From positions 39,644 to 103,643 of the forward strand of contig CAYUOW010000001.1 of the NCBI GenBank assembly GCA_964446455.1: a stretch of DNA of 64,000 nt, read 5' to 3'. The DNA comes from an uncultured Desulfocurvus sp. Lineage in GTDB: Bacteria > Desulfobacterota > Desulfovibrionia > Desulfovibrionales > Desulfovibrionaceae. The position numbers were made by a program, and so were the translations under genes. The notes under the pieces were generated by a model. That model searched no databases and was not told the origin of the DNA. It worked only from the letters and a program-made list of their open reading frames with translations. This document shows positions 28,401 to 39,010 of the stretch, in pieces. Every line of letters starts with the position of its first letter. Positions within the stretch are counted from its first letter, which is position 1.

Positions 28401-30698
28401 CTAGGAGACCAGCCGTGAAACCTGGAAGATGGCCACGGCCACGACGAAGGCCAGGCCGGTGTTGAAGGCCATGGAGAAGGCGGCCCATTTCCAGCCGGCT
28501 TCCTTGGCCATGGCGACCACCGTGACGAAGCACGGGGTGTAGAGCATGACAAAGGCGATGAGGGCGATGGCCGCCGCCTTGGAGAAGGTCTCGTCCTTGG
28601 AGATGGTTTCGGACAGGGGCGCGGCTTCTTCGGCCTCGATCTTGCCCAGGGCGTAGGCCGTGCCCAGGGTGGACACGATGACTTCCTTGGCCGCGAAGCC
28701 GCCCAGAAGCGAGATGTTCACGCGCCAGTTGAAGCCAGCCAGGGAGCTGACGGATTCCATGGCCATGCCCGCGCGTCCGGCGAAGGAGTTGAGCAGCTCG
28801 GCCTCGGCCTTTTCGGCCTCAACGGCGTCCTTGGCTTCCTCCAGTTCGCTCTTGGGCTCCTCGGCCTTGTCCTCGTCGGCCGCTGCGGCGTCCTTCGGGG
28901 CATCCTTGGCGGCGATCACCGTTCCGGCCAGGGCGGCGGGTGCTGCGGCTTCAGCCTCGGCGGCTTCCTTGGGTCCGGCGGCCTTTTCTTCGTCGATCTG
29001 CGTCTGGATGGCGGCGATGCGGTCCTCAAAGGTTTTGGCCTGGTCCTCGGGCAGGGTGGGGAAGGTCATGGCGGCCCACAGGAGGACCGAGACGGCCAGG
29101 ATCACCGTGCCCGCCTTGCGGATGTACGACCAGGAACGCTCCCAGGTGTGGATGCACAGGCCGCGCAGGGTGGGCATGCGGTAGGGCGGCAGCTCCATGA
29201 CGAAGGGCGTGCTTTCGCCCTTGACCACGGTGGAGCGCAGCAGGCGCGCCACGATGAGCGCGGCACACCACGCGCCGAGGGTCACGAGGGTCATCACCTG
29301 GGCCTCGGAATCGGGGAAGAAGGCCGCGGCGAGCATCATGAACACCGGCACCTTGGCTCCGCAGGTCATGAAGGGCGCGGTGAGCAGGGTGGCCAGCTTT
29401 TCCTTGGGGCTGCGCAGGGTGCGCGTGGCCATGACGCCGGGCACGGCGCAGCCGCCCGCGATGCCGCCGGAGATGATGAACGGCAGCACGGACACGCCGT
29501 GCAGGCCGAAGATGCGGAACACGCGGTCGAGCATGTAGGCCATGCGCGCCACGTAGCCCGTGTCCTCCAGGGCGGAAAGCAGGAAGAACATGATCATGAT
29601 CAGCGGCACGAAGCCCATGACGCCGCCCACGCCGGCGATGGCGCCGTCCACGATGAGCGAGCGCAGCAGGCCGTCCCCCATGGCGTCCTTCACCGTGTCG
29701 CCCAGCCAGCCGAAGGCGGCCTCCAGGCCGTCCATGGGGAATTTCCCCAGGGCGAAGGTGATGGTGTACAGGGTGTAGATGACGAGGCCCATGATGACCG
29801 GCCCGGCCAGCGGGTGGGTCAGCACCTTGTCCAGGCGGTCGGACATGCGGATGCGCTCGGCGCGGTCGTCAGGGTAGCGCACCACCTGCTTGGCGATGCC
29901 CGTGATGTAGCCGTAGCGGTAGTCGGCGATGATGCCGTCGGGCGTGGTTCCCAGGGTCTTCATGAGGTGCTGGGCCACCTTGGCCACCATGGCCTCCAGC
30001 CGGGCGGAGACCACGGCGTTCTGCTCCTGCCCGTGGCGGATGACCGAGGGGTCGCCCTCCAGGTACTTGATGCCCACCCAACGGGCCGGGCCCTTGTCGG
30101 CCAGGAGCCTGGCATTGGCGATGGTCTGCTCCATCTCCTCCAGCACCGGGTCCAGGTCCGCGCCATAGGTGATGCGCAGGGGCTCGGCGCGGCCCGCGCG
30201 CTCCTTGGCGATGCGCACGGCCTCGTCCAGCAGCTCGCGCTTGCCCTTGCCCTGGCGGGCCACGGTCTCCACCGCCGGGCAGTTCAGCAGGCGGGAAAGC
30301 AGGCCCACGTCGATGTCCTTGCCGCCCTTGCGCACCTCGTCCATCATGTTCAGCGCCAGCACCAGGGGCACGCCCAGTTCCATGATCTGCACGGCCAGGT
30401 ACAGGTTGCGTTCCAGGGCGTCGGCGTTCAGCACGCTGATGACGGCGTGGGGGTGGTCGTCGGTGAGGAAGTTGCGGGCGGCGCGCTCCTCGTCGGAATA
30501 GGCGGTGAGGGAATAGGTGCCCGGCAGGTCCACCATGTCCAGGGTCAGGTCGCCCTGCTGGATCTTGCCGGATTTTTTCTCAACCGTGACGCCCGGCCAG
30601 TTGCCCACGTGCTGGTGGGCCCCGGTGAGGGCGTTGAACATGGTGGTCTTGCCGCAGTTGGGATTGCCGGCAAGGCCGATGGTGTATGTTGTCGACAT
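28401..30698 (-). CDS. feoB: Ferrous iron transporter FeoB
   Basis: GNPNCGKT, GNWPGVTV, DLPG, NMMD G-domain; GCAVP, PFMTCGAK, FVMELPPY, AKEV, LYTPC. Confidence 0.98.
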   Translation of the reverse strand: MSTTYTIGLAGNPNCGKTTMFNALTGAHQHVGNWPGVTVEKKSGKIQQGDLTLDMVDLPGTYSLTAYSDEERAARNFLTDDHPHAVISVLNADALERNLYLAVQIMELGVPLVLALNMMDEVRKGGKDIDVGLLSRLLNCPAVETVARQGKGKRELLDEAVRIAKERAGRAEPLRITYGADLDPVLEEMEQTIANARLLADKGPARWVGIKYLEGDPSVIRHGQEQNAVVSARLEAMVAKVAQHLMKTLGTTPDGIIADYRYGYITGIAKQVVRYPDDRAERIRMSDRLDKVLTHPLAGPVIMGLVIYTLYTITFALGKFPMDGLEAAFGWLGDTVKDAMGDGLLRSLIVDGAIAGVGGVMGFVPLIMIMFFLLSALEDTGYVARMAYMLDRVFRIFGLHGVSVLPFIISGGIAGGCAVPGVMATRTLRSPKEKLATLLTAPFMTCGAKVPVFMMLAAAFFPDSEAQVMTLVTLGAWCAALIVARLLRSTVVKGESTPFVMELPPYRMPTLRGLCIHTWERSWSYIRKAGTVILAVSVLLWAAMTFPTLPEDQAKTFEDRIAAIQTQIDEEKAAGPKEAAEAEAAAPAALAGTVIAAKDAPKDAAAADEDKAEEPKSELEEAKDAVEAEKAEAELLNSFAGRAGMAMESVSSLAGFNWRVNISLLGGFAAKEVIVSTLGTAYALGKIEAEEAAPLSETISKDETFSKAAAIALIAFVMLYTPCFVTVVAMAKEAGWKWAAFSMAFNTGLAFVVAVAIFQVSRLVS

Positions 30699-30705
30699 GT
30701 CGGGG

Positions 30706-30945
30706 CTACTCCACGGGCTCGACCGTGATGTGGTCGGCCTCGTTGTTGCGCAGGGTCATGGTGAAGTCCCGCAGGCGCAGGGCCACGGGATCCTTGAGCG
30801 GAGCCTTGCCCACCACGGTGATTTCGGCACCGGGGATGAGCCCCATGTCGCGTACCCTGCGGGCAAGCTCGCCCTTGGCGTCGATGGTGCAGATGCGCAG
30901 CTTCTGGTTCAACTGCGCGCGGCGCAGCGTGTGGCACGAATTCAT
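30706..30945 (-). CDS. feoA: FeoA
   Basis: RRVRDMGLIPG...APLKDP...LRNNEA; RBS AAGGAG. Confidence 0.95.
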   Translation of the reverse strand: MNSCHTLRRAQLNQKLRICTIDAKGELARRVRDMGLIPGAEITVVGKAPLKDPVALRLRDFTMTLRNNEADHITVEPVE

Positions 30946-31039
30946 GGGCGTCTCCTTGGCTCGTTCACGCATTTTTCCTGCGTGATTGCGGATGAGGGAA
31001 TAATAGATCAGGCAGCGGTCCATCTGCTTCGAGCAGCCT

Positions 31040-31240
31040 TTAGGCCGCACACCTCTGCGTGCCGCCGCGGCCGCCGGACCTGCCGGGCTTCTTCCCGGAG
31101 CCGCACGCGCCCTGGCTGCCCTTGCAGGTGCAGCCCCCGCCGCAGCAGGATTTTTCGCCAGTGAATTTGCCGTAGAAGCTCCACAGGGTGAAGCCGGCCC
31201 CAACCGCCAGGATCAAGTAGACAGCGATCTCTTGCCACAT
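31040..31240 (-). CDS. FeoB-associated Cys-rich small membrane protein
   Basis: Single TM followed by SCCGGGCTC...AC; first gene of the feo unit. Confidence 0.8.
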   Translation of the reverse strand: MWQEIAVYLILAVGAGFTLWSFYGKFTGEKSCCGGGCTCKGSQGACGSGKKPGRSGGRGGTQRCAA

Positions 31241-31300
31241 GACAGAACTCTCCTTTCGTTTCGGCGCGCCCACGCGGGCCGGCGCCGTCGAGATCGTGTC

Positions 31301-31326
31301 TATTGAAATTGAAATTCGATGTCAAC
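31301..31326 (-). promoter_or_regulatory. Fur box overlapping the -35 of the feo operon
   Basis: Minus strand GTTGACATCGAATTTCAATTTCAATA: TTGACA followed by a Fur-like AT-rich box. Confidence 0.7.
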
Positions 31327-31338
31327 TAGGAGAGGGGC

Positions 31339-31378
31339 AAAAAAAAACGTTCCCGCAAAAAATGCGGGGGCGGGTTTT
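31339..31378 (-). terminator. Terminator after the marR-like gene
   Basis: CGTTCCCGCA-AAAAA-TGCGGGGGCG imperfect stem with an A9 (minus-strand U) tract. Confidence 0.6.
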
Positions 31379-31408
31379 GCCGTTGCGGCGAAGGGGCGGG
31401 GGGAAGGG

Positions 31409-31876
31409 CTAGAAGTGCTGCACCAGGCGCCGCAGCATGTCCAGCAGGCGGTCCAGTTCATCCGGGGAAAGGGCCCCGGCCATGTCCTGGGAGAGCTGCC
31501 CGTGCAGCTTGTGGTGCTCCTCGAAGAGCCTGGCCCCGGCCGGGGTGAGGCCCACGCGGATGGAGCGGCGGTCCTCGGCGTTGGGCTTGCGCTCCACAAG
31601 CTCCGCGCGTTCCAGGCGGTCCACCAGCACGGTGAGCGAGCCCGTGGTCACGCCCATCTTCTCGGCCAGCTCCTTCATGCGCAGGTGCCCGCAGGACCCC
31701 AGAATTTCAAGGGTGTGCATCTGCTGCAGGGTGATGCCCGTCTCGCGCACCACGGCCTGCTCCCAGGAGGAGAAGCGCTCGTAGAATTCGATCAAGAGCC
31801 GGGTGAACTCCTCGGTCTGCCTGTGCTCGGCTTCCGGCTGGGCGGGGGGGCAAGAGCGGGGCGGGCGCTGGGGCAT
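31409..31876 (-). CDS. MarR family transcriptional regulator
   Basis: GITLQQ, MKELAEKMGVTTGSLTVLVDRLE...DRRS..V.LTPAG winged helix. Confidence 0.93.
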   Translation of the reverse strand: MPQRPPRSCPPAQPEAEHRQTEEFTRLLIEFYERFSSWEQAVVRETGITLQQMHTLEILGSCGHLRMKELAEKMGVTTGSLTVLVDRLERAELVERKPNAEDRRSIRVGLTPAGARLFEEHHKLHGQLSQDMAGALSPDELDRLLDMLRRLVQHF

Positions 31877-31925
31877 CGTCGTCCTCCTCGGGGGGGGCTG
31901 GAACGGGCTTTGGGGGCCGGCCGGA

Positions 31926-33833
31926 TCAGGCTCCGGCGCTGGTGTCCTTGTACAGCAGAAGGCTGGCCGAGGCCAGCACCACCAGGATGGAGCCGCCGTT
32001 GTGGAACAGCGAGGCCGCGATGGGCGAGAGCAGGCCGCTCATGCCGCCGTACACGGCCACGGTGTTCGAGAGGAGCCCCAGGCCGATGTTCAGCTTGACC
32101 ACGGAGAGCATGCGCCGCGAGAGCGAAACAACGAAGGGCAGGCGGGTGATGTCGTCGCGCACGAGGGCCATGCCCGCCGTCTCCAGGGCCACGTCCGTGC
32201 CCGCGGCGGCCATGGCCACGCCGATGTCCGCGCCGGCCAGGGCCGGGGCGTCGTTCACGCCGTCGCCCACGTAGAGCACGGTGCGGCCCTGGCTCTGGAA
32301 GTCGCGGATGACCGCGAGCTTGTCCTTGGGCTTCAGGCCCGCCCAGCGTTCGGTGAGGCTCAGGGAGTCGGCCATGTGGGCCACGGGCGCGGCCTCGTCG
32401 CCGGAGAGCATGCCCAGGCGCAGGAAGCCCAGGCAGCGCAGGGAATCACAGGTGCCCTGGGCGGTTGGCCGGGCCGTGTCGGAAACGGCCAGAAGGCCCA
32501 GGGGCGCGCCGTCGGCCAGGACGACGAGGGCCGTGGCCCCGCGTTCGCGCATGGCCGCAAGGCTGGTCATAAGTTCGCCGGAAAGGCTGCGCCCGGCCAA
32601 GAGGGCCGGTCCGCCCACTTCCACCAGGCGCTCCGCGCCGTCGAGCCTGAGGCTGCCGCGCACGCCAAGGCCCACCTCGGCCACCACGCCCTCGGCCTCC
32701 GGGGCGTTCACGCCGCGCTCTTCCGCCGCGCGCAGCACAGCGCGTGCCAGGGGGTGCGAGCAGTGGCGCTCCACCCCGGCGGCGGCGGCCAGCAGGGCGG
32801 CCCCGTCCACGCCGGGCGCGGGCGCGATTTCCACCACTCGGGGCTCGCCCAGGGTCAGGGTGCCTGTCTTGTCGAAGAGGGCGGCGTCGGCCCTGGCCGC
32901 GGCCTCCATCTGCGCACCGCCCTTGATGAGCACGCCGGAGCGCGCGGCGCGGGCCACGGCGGCCACGGTGGCCGTGGGCGCGGCCAGAAGCAGGGCGCAG
33001 GGGCAGCCCGCCACCAGCACGGCCACGGCGCGGGAGGCCTCGCCGCTGGTGGCCCAGGCGGCGCCCGCCAGGGTCAGCACGAGCGGCGTGAACCAGCGGG
33101 CGTAGGAATCCACGAAGCGCACGGCGCGGGGCTTGTGGGCCTCGGCCTCCTCCACCAGGCGCATGACGCGGCCCAAGGTGGTGTCCGCGCCCACCTGTCC
33201 GGCCTCGATCTCGATGACGCCGTTGTAGTTGAGCGTGCTGGCCAGCACGGAGTCCCCGGCCGCGCGCTCGCGCGGGATGGACTCGCCGGTGATGGTGGAT
33301 TCGTCCACGGCCGTGGTGCCGGAAACGATGGTCCCGTCCACGGGAATGCGTTCGCCCGGGCGAACCAGCAGGCGCTGGCCGGGAAGGATGTCCTTCACGG
33401 GCACGGTCCTGGGGCCGTCCGGGCCAAGCAGGGTGGCCTCCTGCGGGGTCATGCGCGCCAGAGACTGGATGGAGCGCCGGGCGGATTCGCTGATGGCTTC
33501 CTCCAGGAGCGAGCCCATGGACATGATGAAGCCCACCACGGCGGCGGTGAGCAGTTCGCCCTGGATGAGCGAGGCCGTGATGGCCAGGGCCACGAGTTCG
33601 TCCACGTTGACGCGGCGCTCCATGAGCCCCTGCACGGCGCCCCAGATGATGGGCAGGCCGGTGAGGGCCACGGCGCAGAGAGCCAGCCCCTGCGCGGTCC
33701 AGGCCGGGGAGAGGCCGGATGCTCCCCAGAGGTAGGAGGCCAGCGCGAAGCCGCCGCCGGCCAGGCATTGCAGTGCCTCCCGCTGCTGGAGCAGTTCGCG
33801 GTATTCGCCGAGCTTGGAAAAACGTCCGATCAT
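31926..33833 (-). CDS. P1B-type heavy-metal ATPase lacking an N-terminal HMA domain
   Basis: TGES, GCPCAL, DKTGT, SHP, GDGVNDAP; HNGGS in the last TM. Start placed at ATG 33833. Confidence 0.93.
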   Translation of the reverse strand: MIGRFSKLGEYRELLQQREALQCLAGGGFALASYLWGASGLSPAWTAQGLALCAVALTGLPIIWGAVQGLMERRVNVDELVALAITASLIQGELLTAAVVGFIMSMGSLLEEAISESARRSIQSLARMTPQEATLLGPDGPRTVPVKDILPGQRLLVRPGERIPVDGTIVSGTTAVDESTITGESIPRERAAGDSVLASTLNYNGVIEIEAGQVGADTTLGRVMRLVEEAEAHKPRAVRFVDSYARWFTPLVLTLAGAAWATSGEASRAVAVLVAGCPCALLLAAPTATVAAVARAARSGVLIKGGAQMEAAARADAALFDKTGTLTLGEPRVVEIAPAPGVDGAALLAAAAGVERHCSHPLARAVLRAAEERGVNAPEAEGVVAEVGLGVRGSLRLDGAERLVEVGGPALLAGRSLSGELMTSLAAMRERGATALVVLADGAPLGLLAVSDTARPTAQGTCDSLRCLGFLRLGMLSGDEAAPVAHMADSLSLTERWAGLKPKDKLAVIRDFQSQGRTVLYVGDGVNDAPALAGADIGVAMAAAGTDVALETAGMALVRDDITRLPFVVSLSRRMLSVVKLNIGLGLLSNTVAVYGGMSGLLSPIAASLFHNGGSILVVLASASLLLYKDTSAGA

Positions 33834-33861
33834 GAGAGCCTCTTTTCTCCCCGCTGGGAAG

Positions 33862-33909
33862 TATCTTGATGTGCAAATATGAATAGTGCAAAGAATCTTG
33901 ATTGTCAAG
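33862..33909 (-). promoter_or_regulatory. Promoter with two related imperfect palindromes (probable MarR operators)
   Basis: ATCTTGATGTGCAA (33863-33876) and ATCTTGATTGTCAAG (33895-33909); the latter contains a minus-strand TTGACA. Confidence 0.55.
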
Positions 33910-34198
33910 CAATTTGATTGCGCAGGGCAGTGCGCGGAGGCGGGGACGCCGCTGTGGCGGTATGTGGCCGCTGGGACTCGTCTAAGGCCATCTCGACCAA
34001 GCGGCGGTGCTGGGAACCGGCTCCCGCAGCGTGAGGGCGCTGTGAGCGCGGGGGGAGGCCGAGGCTTTCGGGACCGGTCCGGCTTTTTCGGGATGCCCCC
34101 GGCCCCGGCTGACTGCGCCCGACTGCGGGGCGGGATGCCGACAGGACCTGCGTTCCGCCTGCCACGCGTTCCAAAATCTTCGCAGGGGCAAAATAGTG

Positions 34199-35089
<891 letters not shown>

Positions 35090-35155
35090 CGCGGAGGCAT
35101 CCGGTGGCCGTGCCGCCAGACCGTCGATGGACGTGCGGGCGCGGCTCCCGGCGTT

Positions 35156-35980
35156 TCACAAGGGGCGGGCCGAGGCCAGGAAGGGTCCGTTGACCAGATC
35201 CGGCTTGTTCACCGGCATGCGCGCGCCGGGCACGCCGCCCTCGAAGCGCAGCACGCTGCCGCCCGCGCCCTCCACCACGGCCTGGCCCGCCGCCGTGTCC
35301 CACTCCCGCGTGAAGTTGAAGCGCGGGTACAGGTCGGCCGAGCCCTCGGCCACCAGGCAGAACTTCAACGCGCTGCCCGCAGTGATGCGTTTGGGCTCGG
35401 GCCCTGCGGCCAGGTAGGCCTCCAGCTCCGGCGAGGGGTGCGAGCGGCTGGCCAGCACCACGAGGTTGGCCGGGTCCGGCTGACGCACGCCGATGGCCCG
35501 CCAGGGACCGGCCGGGCTGCCCGGCTCCGGGGGCGAGCCGCGCCGGAACGCGCCCAATCCCAAGCCGCCCACATAGGTCTTGCCCCACAGGGGCACATGC
35601 ACCGCGCCCAGCACTGGGAAGCCCGCCTCGGCCAGGGCAATGCACACGCAGAATTCCCCCAGCTCCTTCACGAATTCCTTGGTGCCGTCCAGCGGGTCCA
35701 CGATGAACAGTTGCGGCCAGCGGGAGCGCTCGGCGTAGGGCAGGTCCGCGCCTTCCTCGGACAGCACGGGCACGCCGGGAAAGGCGCGCGCAAGTCCGCG
35801 CAGGATTGTCTCGTGCGCTGCGGTGTCGGCCTGGGTCAGGGGTGAGTGGTCGGCCTTGTAGGCCACCTCGAAGCCGTCACGCCGCACGTCCAGGATGGCC
35901 TGGCCTGCCGCTTCGGCGATGTCCGCCAGGACCGCGAGCTCACGGTCCGGCGTCGCAGCCTGGGCCGTGGCCGCGTTCAT
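35156..35980 (-). CDS. cysQ: 3'(2'),5'-bisphosphate nucleotidase CysQ
   Basis: KADHSPLTQAD, SEEG, VDPLDGTKEF, SRSH, GSALK, EWDTAAG. ATGA overlap with the upstream gene. Confidence 0.93.
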   Translation of the reverse strand: MNAATAQAATPDRELAVLADIAEAAGQAILDVRRDGFEVAYKADHSPLTQADTAAHETILRGLARAFPGVPVLSEEGADLPYAERSRWPQLFIVDPLDGTKEFVKELGEFCVCIALAEAGFPVLGAVHVPLWGKTYVGGLGLGAFRRGSPPEPGSPAGPWRAIGVRQPDPANLVVLASRSHPSPELEAYLAAGPEPKRITAGSALKFCLVAEGSADLYPRFNFTREWDTAAGQAVVEGAGGSVLRFEGGVPGARMPVNKPDLVNGPFLASARPL

Positions 35981-36585
35981 CCCGCAGCCTCCATGCGCAA
36001 GGGGGCGTTTTCGCCGCGCAGGGCCGCAGCCAGGGCGGCGCGGGAAAGGGACGCTCCATCCAACTCGAACTCCGCCTGGGCCAGGGCCTCGGGCCGTTCG
36101 TCCAAAAGTTCGGCCAGGCGCCCGCCGCGCACCTCCACCCCATGCGAAAGCACCTGGGCCAGGCACTCCACGGCCACGGTGTTGAAGAGCTTCAGGGTGA
36201 CGCGCAGGCGGCGCGGAGTCTCGGCCACGGCGCCATCCTGCCACACGGGGTGGGTCTGGTGGGTGATGCCCTCGCGGTACACGCCGATGCGGCTGCCGCG
36301 CTGCATGGCGATGCCCGCCACGCCCGGCAGGGCCCCGGCCAGGGCCAGCACGCTGCCCGGCCGCGCGAAGTCGGTGTCGATGTCGTCCACCGGCGAGCCG
36401 TCCAGGAACACGGTCTGGATGCGCTTCTCCACGCATTCCCTGCCCAGGCCCAGGTCGTCGGCCAGGGTGGCCCGCAGGCTGCACCCCGCGGTGATGTCGA
36501 CCCCGAAGCCCTCGCGGGCCAAGGGAGTCAAGGCCTCCAGGGCCTCTGCCGGGGCTTTCACCAGCAGGGTTCTCGTCGCGGCCAT
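35977..36585 (-). CDS. Conserved hypothetical protein with a ubiquitin/ThiS-like segment
   Basis: RIQTVFLDGSPVDD...LALAGALPGVAG; divergent from aor and coupled to cysQ. Confidence 0.65.
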   Translation of the reverse strand: MAATRTLLVKAPAEALEALTPLAREGFGVDITAGCSLRATLADDLGLGRECVEKRIQTVFLDGSPVDDIDTDFARPGSVLALAGALPGVAGIAMQRGSRIGVYREGITHQTHPVWQDGAVAETPRRLRVTLKLFNTVAVECLAQVLSHGVEVRGGRLAELLDERPEALAQAEFELDGASLSRAALAAALRGENAPLRMEAAG

Positions 36586-36614
36586 GTGGTCCCCTTGTTA
36601 TGCTGCGGGCGACA

Positions 36615-36674
36615 TATGTCTACCGTGACATAAAACTTGAATATTATTGACTTAAATTTTCCAATGCCTATATT
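36615..36674 (+). promoter_or_regulatory. aor promoter with upstream palindromic operator
   Basis: TATGTC-N6-GACATA (36615-36632); TTGACT (36647-36652), 16 bp spacer, TATATT (36669-36674). Confidence 0.55.
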
Positions 36675-36742
36675 TGCTGTAACCCTGTGCGTAGCGCAGG
36701 GGCCTGCATTTCGCAACCGGAAACAATGTAAGGAGCGACGCC

Positions 36743-38470
36743 ATGTCGAAGATACTGCGCATCAACACCCGCACCAGGGAATACCGTTTCGAGGAGCTTG
36801 GCAAGTACGCCGGGCTGGGCGGCCGCGCCCTCACCTCCCGCGTGGTCCTGAACGAGGTTCCGGCAACCTGTCATCCGCTTTCCGCCGCCAACAAGCTGGT
36901 CATCGCCGGAGGCATCCTGGCGGGCACCACGGCGGCCAATTCCGGCCGTTCCTCCGTGGGCGCCAAGTCTCCGCTCACCGGCGGCATCAAGGAATCCAAC
37001 GTGGGCGGCCAGTTCGCCCATAAGCTGCCCAGGCTTGGCCTCATCGCCATCATCCTGGAGGACAAGCCCGAGGCCGACGCGCCCTTCTGCAACATCCTGG
37101 TCAAGAAGGACAAGGTGGAGTTCCTGGACGCCGCCGAGCTTTTGGGCAAGGGCAACTACGCCGCACACGAGATCGTCAAGGCCAAGTTCGGCGAGAAGGT
37201 CGTCACCGCCATGATCGGGCCCGCCGGTGAGCAGAGCCTCATGGCCGCCACCATCCAGTTCTCCGATCCCGACGGCCGCCCGAGCCGTTCCGCCGGCCGC
37301 GGCGGCATGGGCGCGGTCATGGGCTCCAAGAAGGTCAAGGCCGTCATTCTGGACCCCGAGGGCAAGGACAACGTGGAGATGGCCGATGCCGAGAAGTTCA
37401 AGACCGCCCGCAAGCGCTGGGTCGACATCCTCATGGGCCACCCGGTCACCAGCCAGGGCCTGCCCACCTACGGCACCGCCATCCTGGTGAACATCATCAA
37501 CGAGGCGGGCGCGCTGCCCACCAAGAACTTCCGCTCCGGCCGCTTCGACGGCGCGGCCAAGATCAGCGGCGAGGCCCTGACCGAGACCATCAAGGCGCGC
37601 AAGGGCCAGTACAAGCACGGCTGCCACACCGGCTGCGTCATCCAGTGCTCCCAGGTCTATAACGACAAGGACGGCAACTACCTGACCACCGGCTTTGAGT
37701 ACGAGACCATCTGGGGCTTCGGCGCGAACATCCTGGTGGACAACCTGGACGACATCGCCATGATGGACCGCACCTGCGACGAGGCGGGCATGGACACCAT
37801 CGAGATGGCCAACACCATTGCCATGGCCATGGAAGCGGGCCTTGTGAAGTGGGGCGACGGCAAGGGCGTCATCGAGCTCTTGAAGAAGGTGGGCACCAAG
37901 GATCCCCTGGGGCGCATCCTGGGCAACGGCACCGTGTTCACGGCCCAGGCCTTCGGTGTGGATCGCGTGCCCGTGGTCAAGAAGCAGGCCCTGCCCGCGT
38001 ATGACCCTCGCGTGGTCAAGGGCGTGGGCGTGACCTACAGCACCACCCCCATGGGCGCGGACCACACCGCGGGCTACGCCGTGTGCCAGAACGTGCTCAA
38101 GGTGGGCGGCGACGTGCCTTCCCACGGCAAGGCTGGCCAGGTGGAAGTGTCCAAGAACCTGCAGATCGCCACGGCGGCCGTGGATTCCCTCGGCCTGTGC
38201 CTGTTCGTGGCCTTTGCCGTGCTGGACACCCCGGACGCCCTGGGCGTCGTGGCCGACCTGGTCTCCGCCTACACGGGCAAGCCGTACAGCGTGGACGACA
38301 TCGTGAACCTGGGCGTGAACACCCTGAAGGACGAGCTGGCCTTCAACGCCGCCGCCGGCTTCACCAGCAAGGACGACCAGCTGCCGGACTTCTTCAAGAA
38401 CGAGCCCCTGCCCCCGCACAACCTCGCCTGGGACTTCACCGCCGAGGAGATGCAGGCCGCCAAGGTCTAG
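36743..38470 (+). CDS. aor: Tungsten-dependent aldehyde:ferredoxin oxidoreductase
   Basis: KSPLTG.IKESN.GG, AGRGGMGAVMGSKK, CHTGCVIQC, EYET, DEAGMDTI, YDPR, DSLGLC. Confidence 0.94.
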   Translation: MSKILRINTRTREYRFEELGKYAGLGGRALTSRVVLNEVPATCHPLSAANKLVIAGGILAGTTAANSGRSSVGAKSPLTGGIKESNVGGQFAHKLPRLGLIAIILEDKPEADAPFCNILVKKDKVEFLDAAELLGKGNYAAHEIVKAKFGEKVVTAMIGPAGEQSLMAATIQFSDPDGRPSRSAGRGGMGAVMGSKKVKAVILDPEGKDNVEMADAEKFKTARKRWVDILMGHPVTSQGLPTYGTAILVNIINEAGALPTKNFRSGRFDGAAKISGEALTETIKARKGQYKHGCHTGCVIQCSQVYNDKDGNYLTTGFEYETIWGFGANILVDNLDDIAMMDRTCDEAGMDTIEMANTIAMAMEAGLVKWGDGKGVIELLKKVGTKDPLGRILGNGTVFTAQAFGVDRVPVVKKQALPAYDPRVVKGVGVTYSTTPMGADHTAGYAVCQNVLKVGGDVPSHGKAGQVEVSKNLQIATAAVDSLGLCLFVAFAVLDTPDALGVVADLVSAYTGKPYSVDDIVNLGVNTLKDELAFNAAAGFTSKDDQLPDFFKNEPLPPHNLAWDFTAEEMQAAKV

Positions 38471-38497
38471 CCGCTTAGCGACTCAAGAAATGAATAC

Positions 38498-38530
38498 GGC
38501 CGGGGCTCCGATTGGGGCTCCGGCCTTTTT
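38498..38530 (+). terminator. Intrinsic terminator after aor
   Basis: GGCCGGGGCTCC-GATT-GGGGCTCCGGCC-TTTTT. Confidence 0.8.
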
Positions 38531-38539
38531 GCGTGCGGG

Positions 38540-39001
38540 CTACTGCGATTGTCCGTGCGCGGGCATTGGCGGCACGATGATGAACTCGACCGGGGCCGTA
38601 GGGCACACAGCGCGGGCCGCGTCGAAGGCGTCCTGTTCGTTGAAGAGGAAAGTAATGACTTTCTTTCCGCCATACCCACGAATCTCCAGTATGTCGCACT
38701 GCAACGGCTTGCCGTTTGCCGTGACAGAAAGCGCCGCATACCAGGGGTAGGGCTTTGCAGTACGAGAGAGCTGGGCTTGCCGCGACACCTCGACAAAAGC
38801 CTGGAACGCGCGCAGGGCCTCCGGTTTCAGAACAAACGTCACACCATGCACGAAGCCATCCGGGGAGCGTTGTGCCAGGAACCTGTCCTCGTCTCGAACG
38901 ATGAGGATGTTTGAGACGTTTTCGCAGGAGAGGTCATAGGTCGGCTGCTGCGCGAGGGCCGTGGCGGGGACGAGCAGGAGCAGAAGAACAAGGAGTCTCA
39001 T
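38540..39001 (-). CDS. Secreted protein, paralog 2 (putative immunity; SecD/SecF P1-head-like)
   Basis: Signal peptide ALA/QQ; shares DLSCENV, TANGKPL and EQDAFDAARAVCP with 39011-39457. Confidence 0.75.
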   Translation of the reverse strand: MRLLVLLLLLVPATALAQQPTYDLSCENVSNILIVRDEDRFLAQRSPDGFVHGVTFVLKPEALRAFQAFVEVSRQAQLSRTAKPYPWYAALSVTANGKPLQCDILEIRGYGGKKVITFLFNEQDAFDAARAVCPTAPVEFIIVPPMPAHGQSQ

Positions 39002-39010
39002 TCGTTCTCT

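Noticed and set aside
28790-29040. Ala/Glu/Lys-rich insert in FeoB
   Set aside because: In-frame low-complexity periplasmic loop; variable loops are common at this position in FeoB.
33910-34190. Possible riboswitch or sRNA in the ATPase-flavodoxin intergenic region
   Set aside because: GC-rich, but no recognisable conserved RNA motif by eye; it would need an Rfam/Infernal search.
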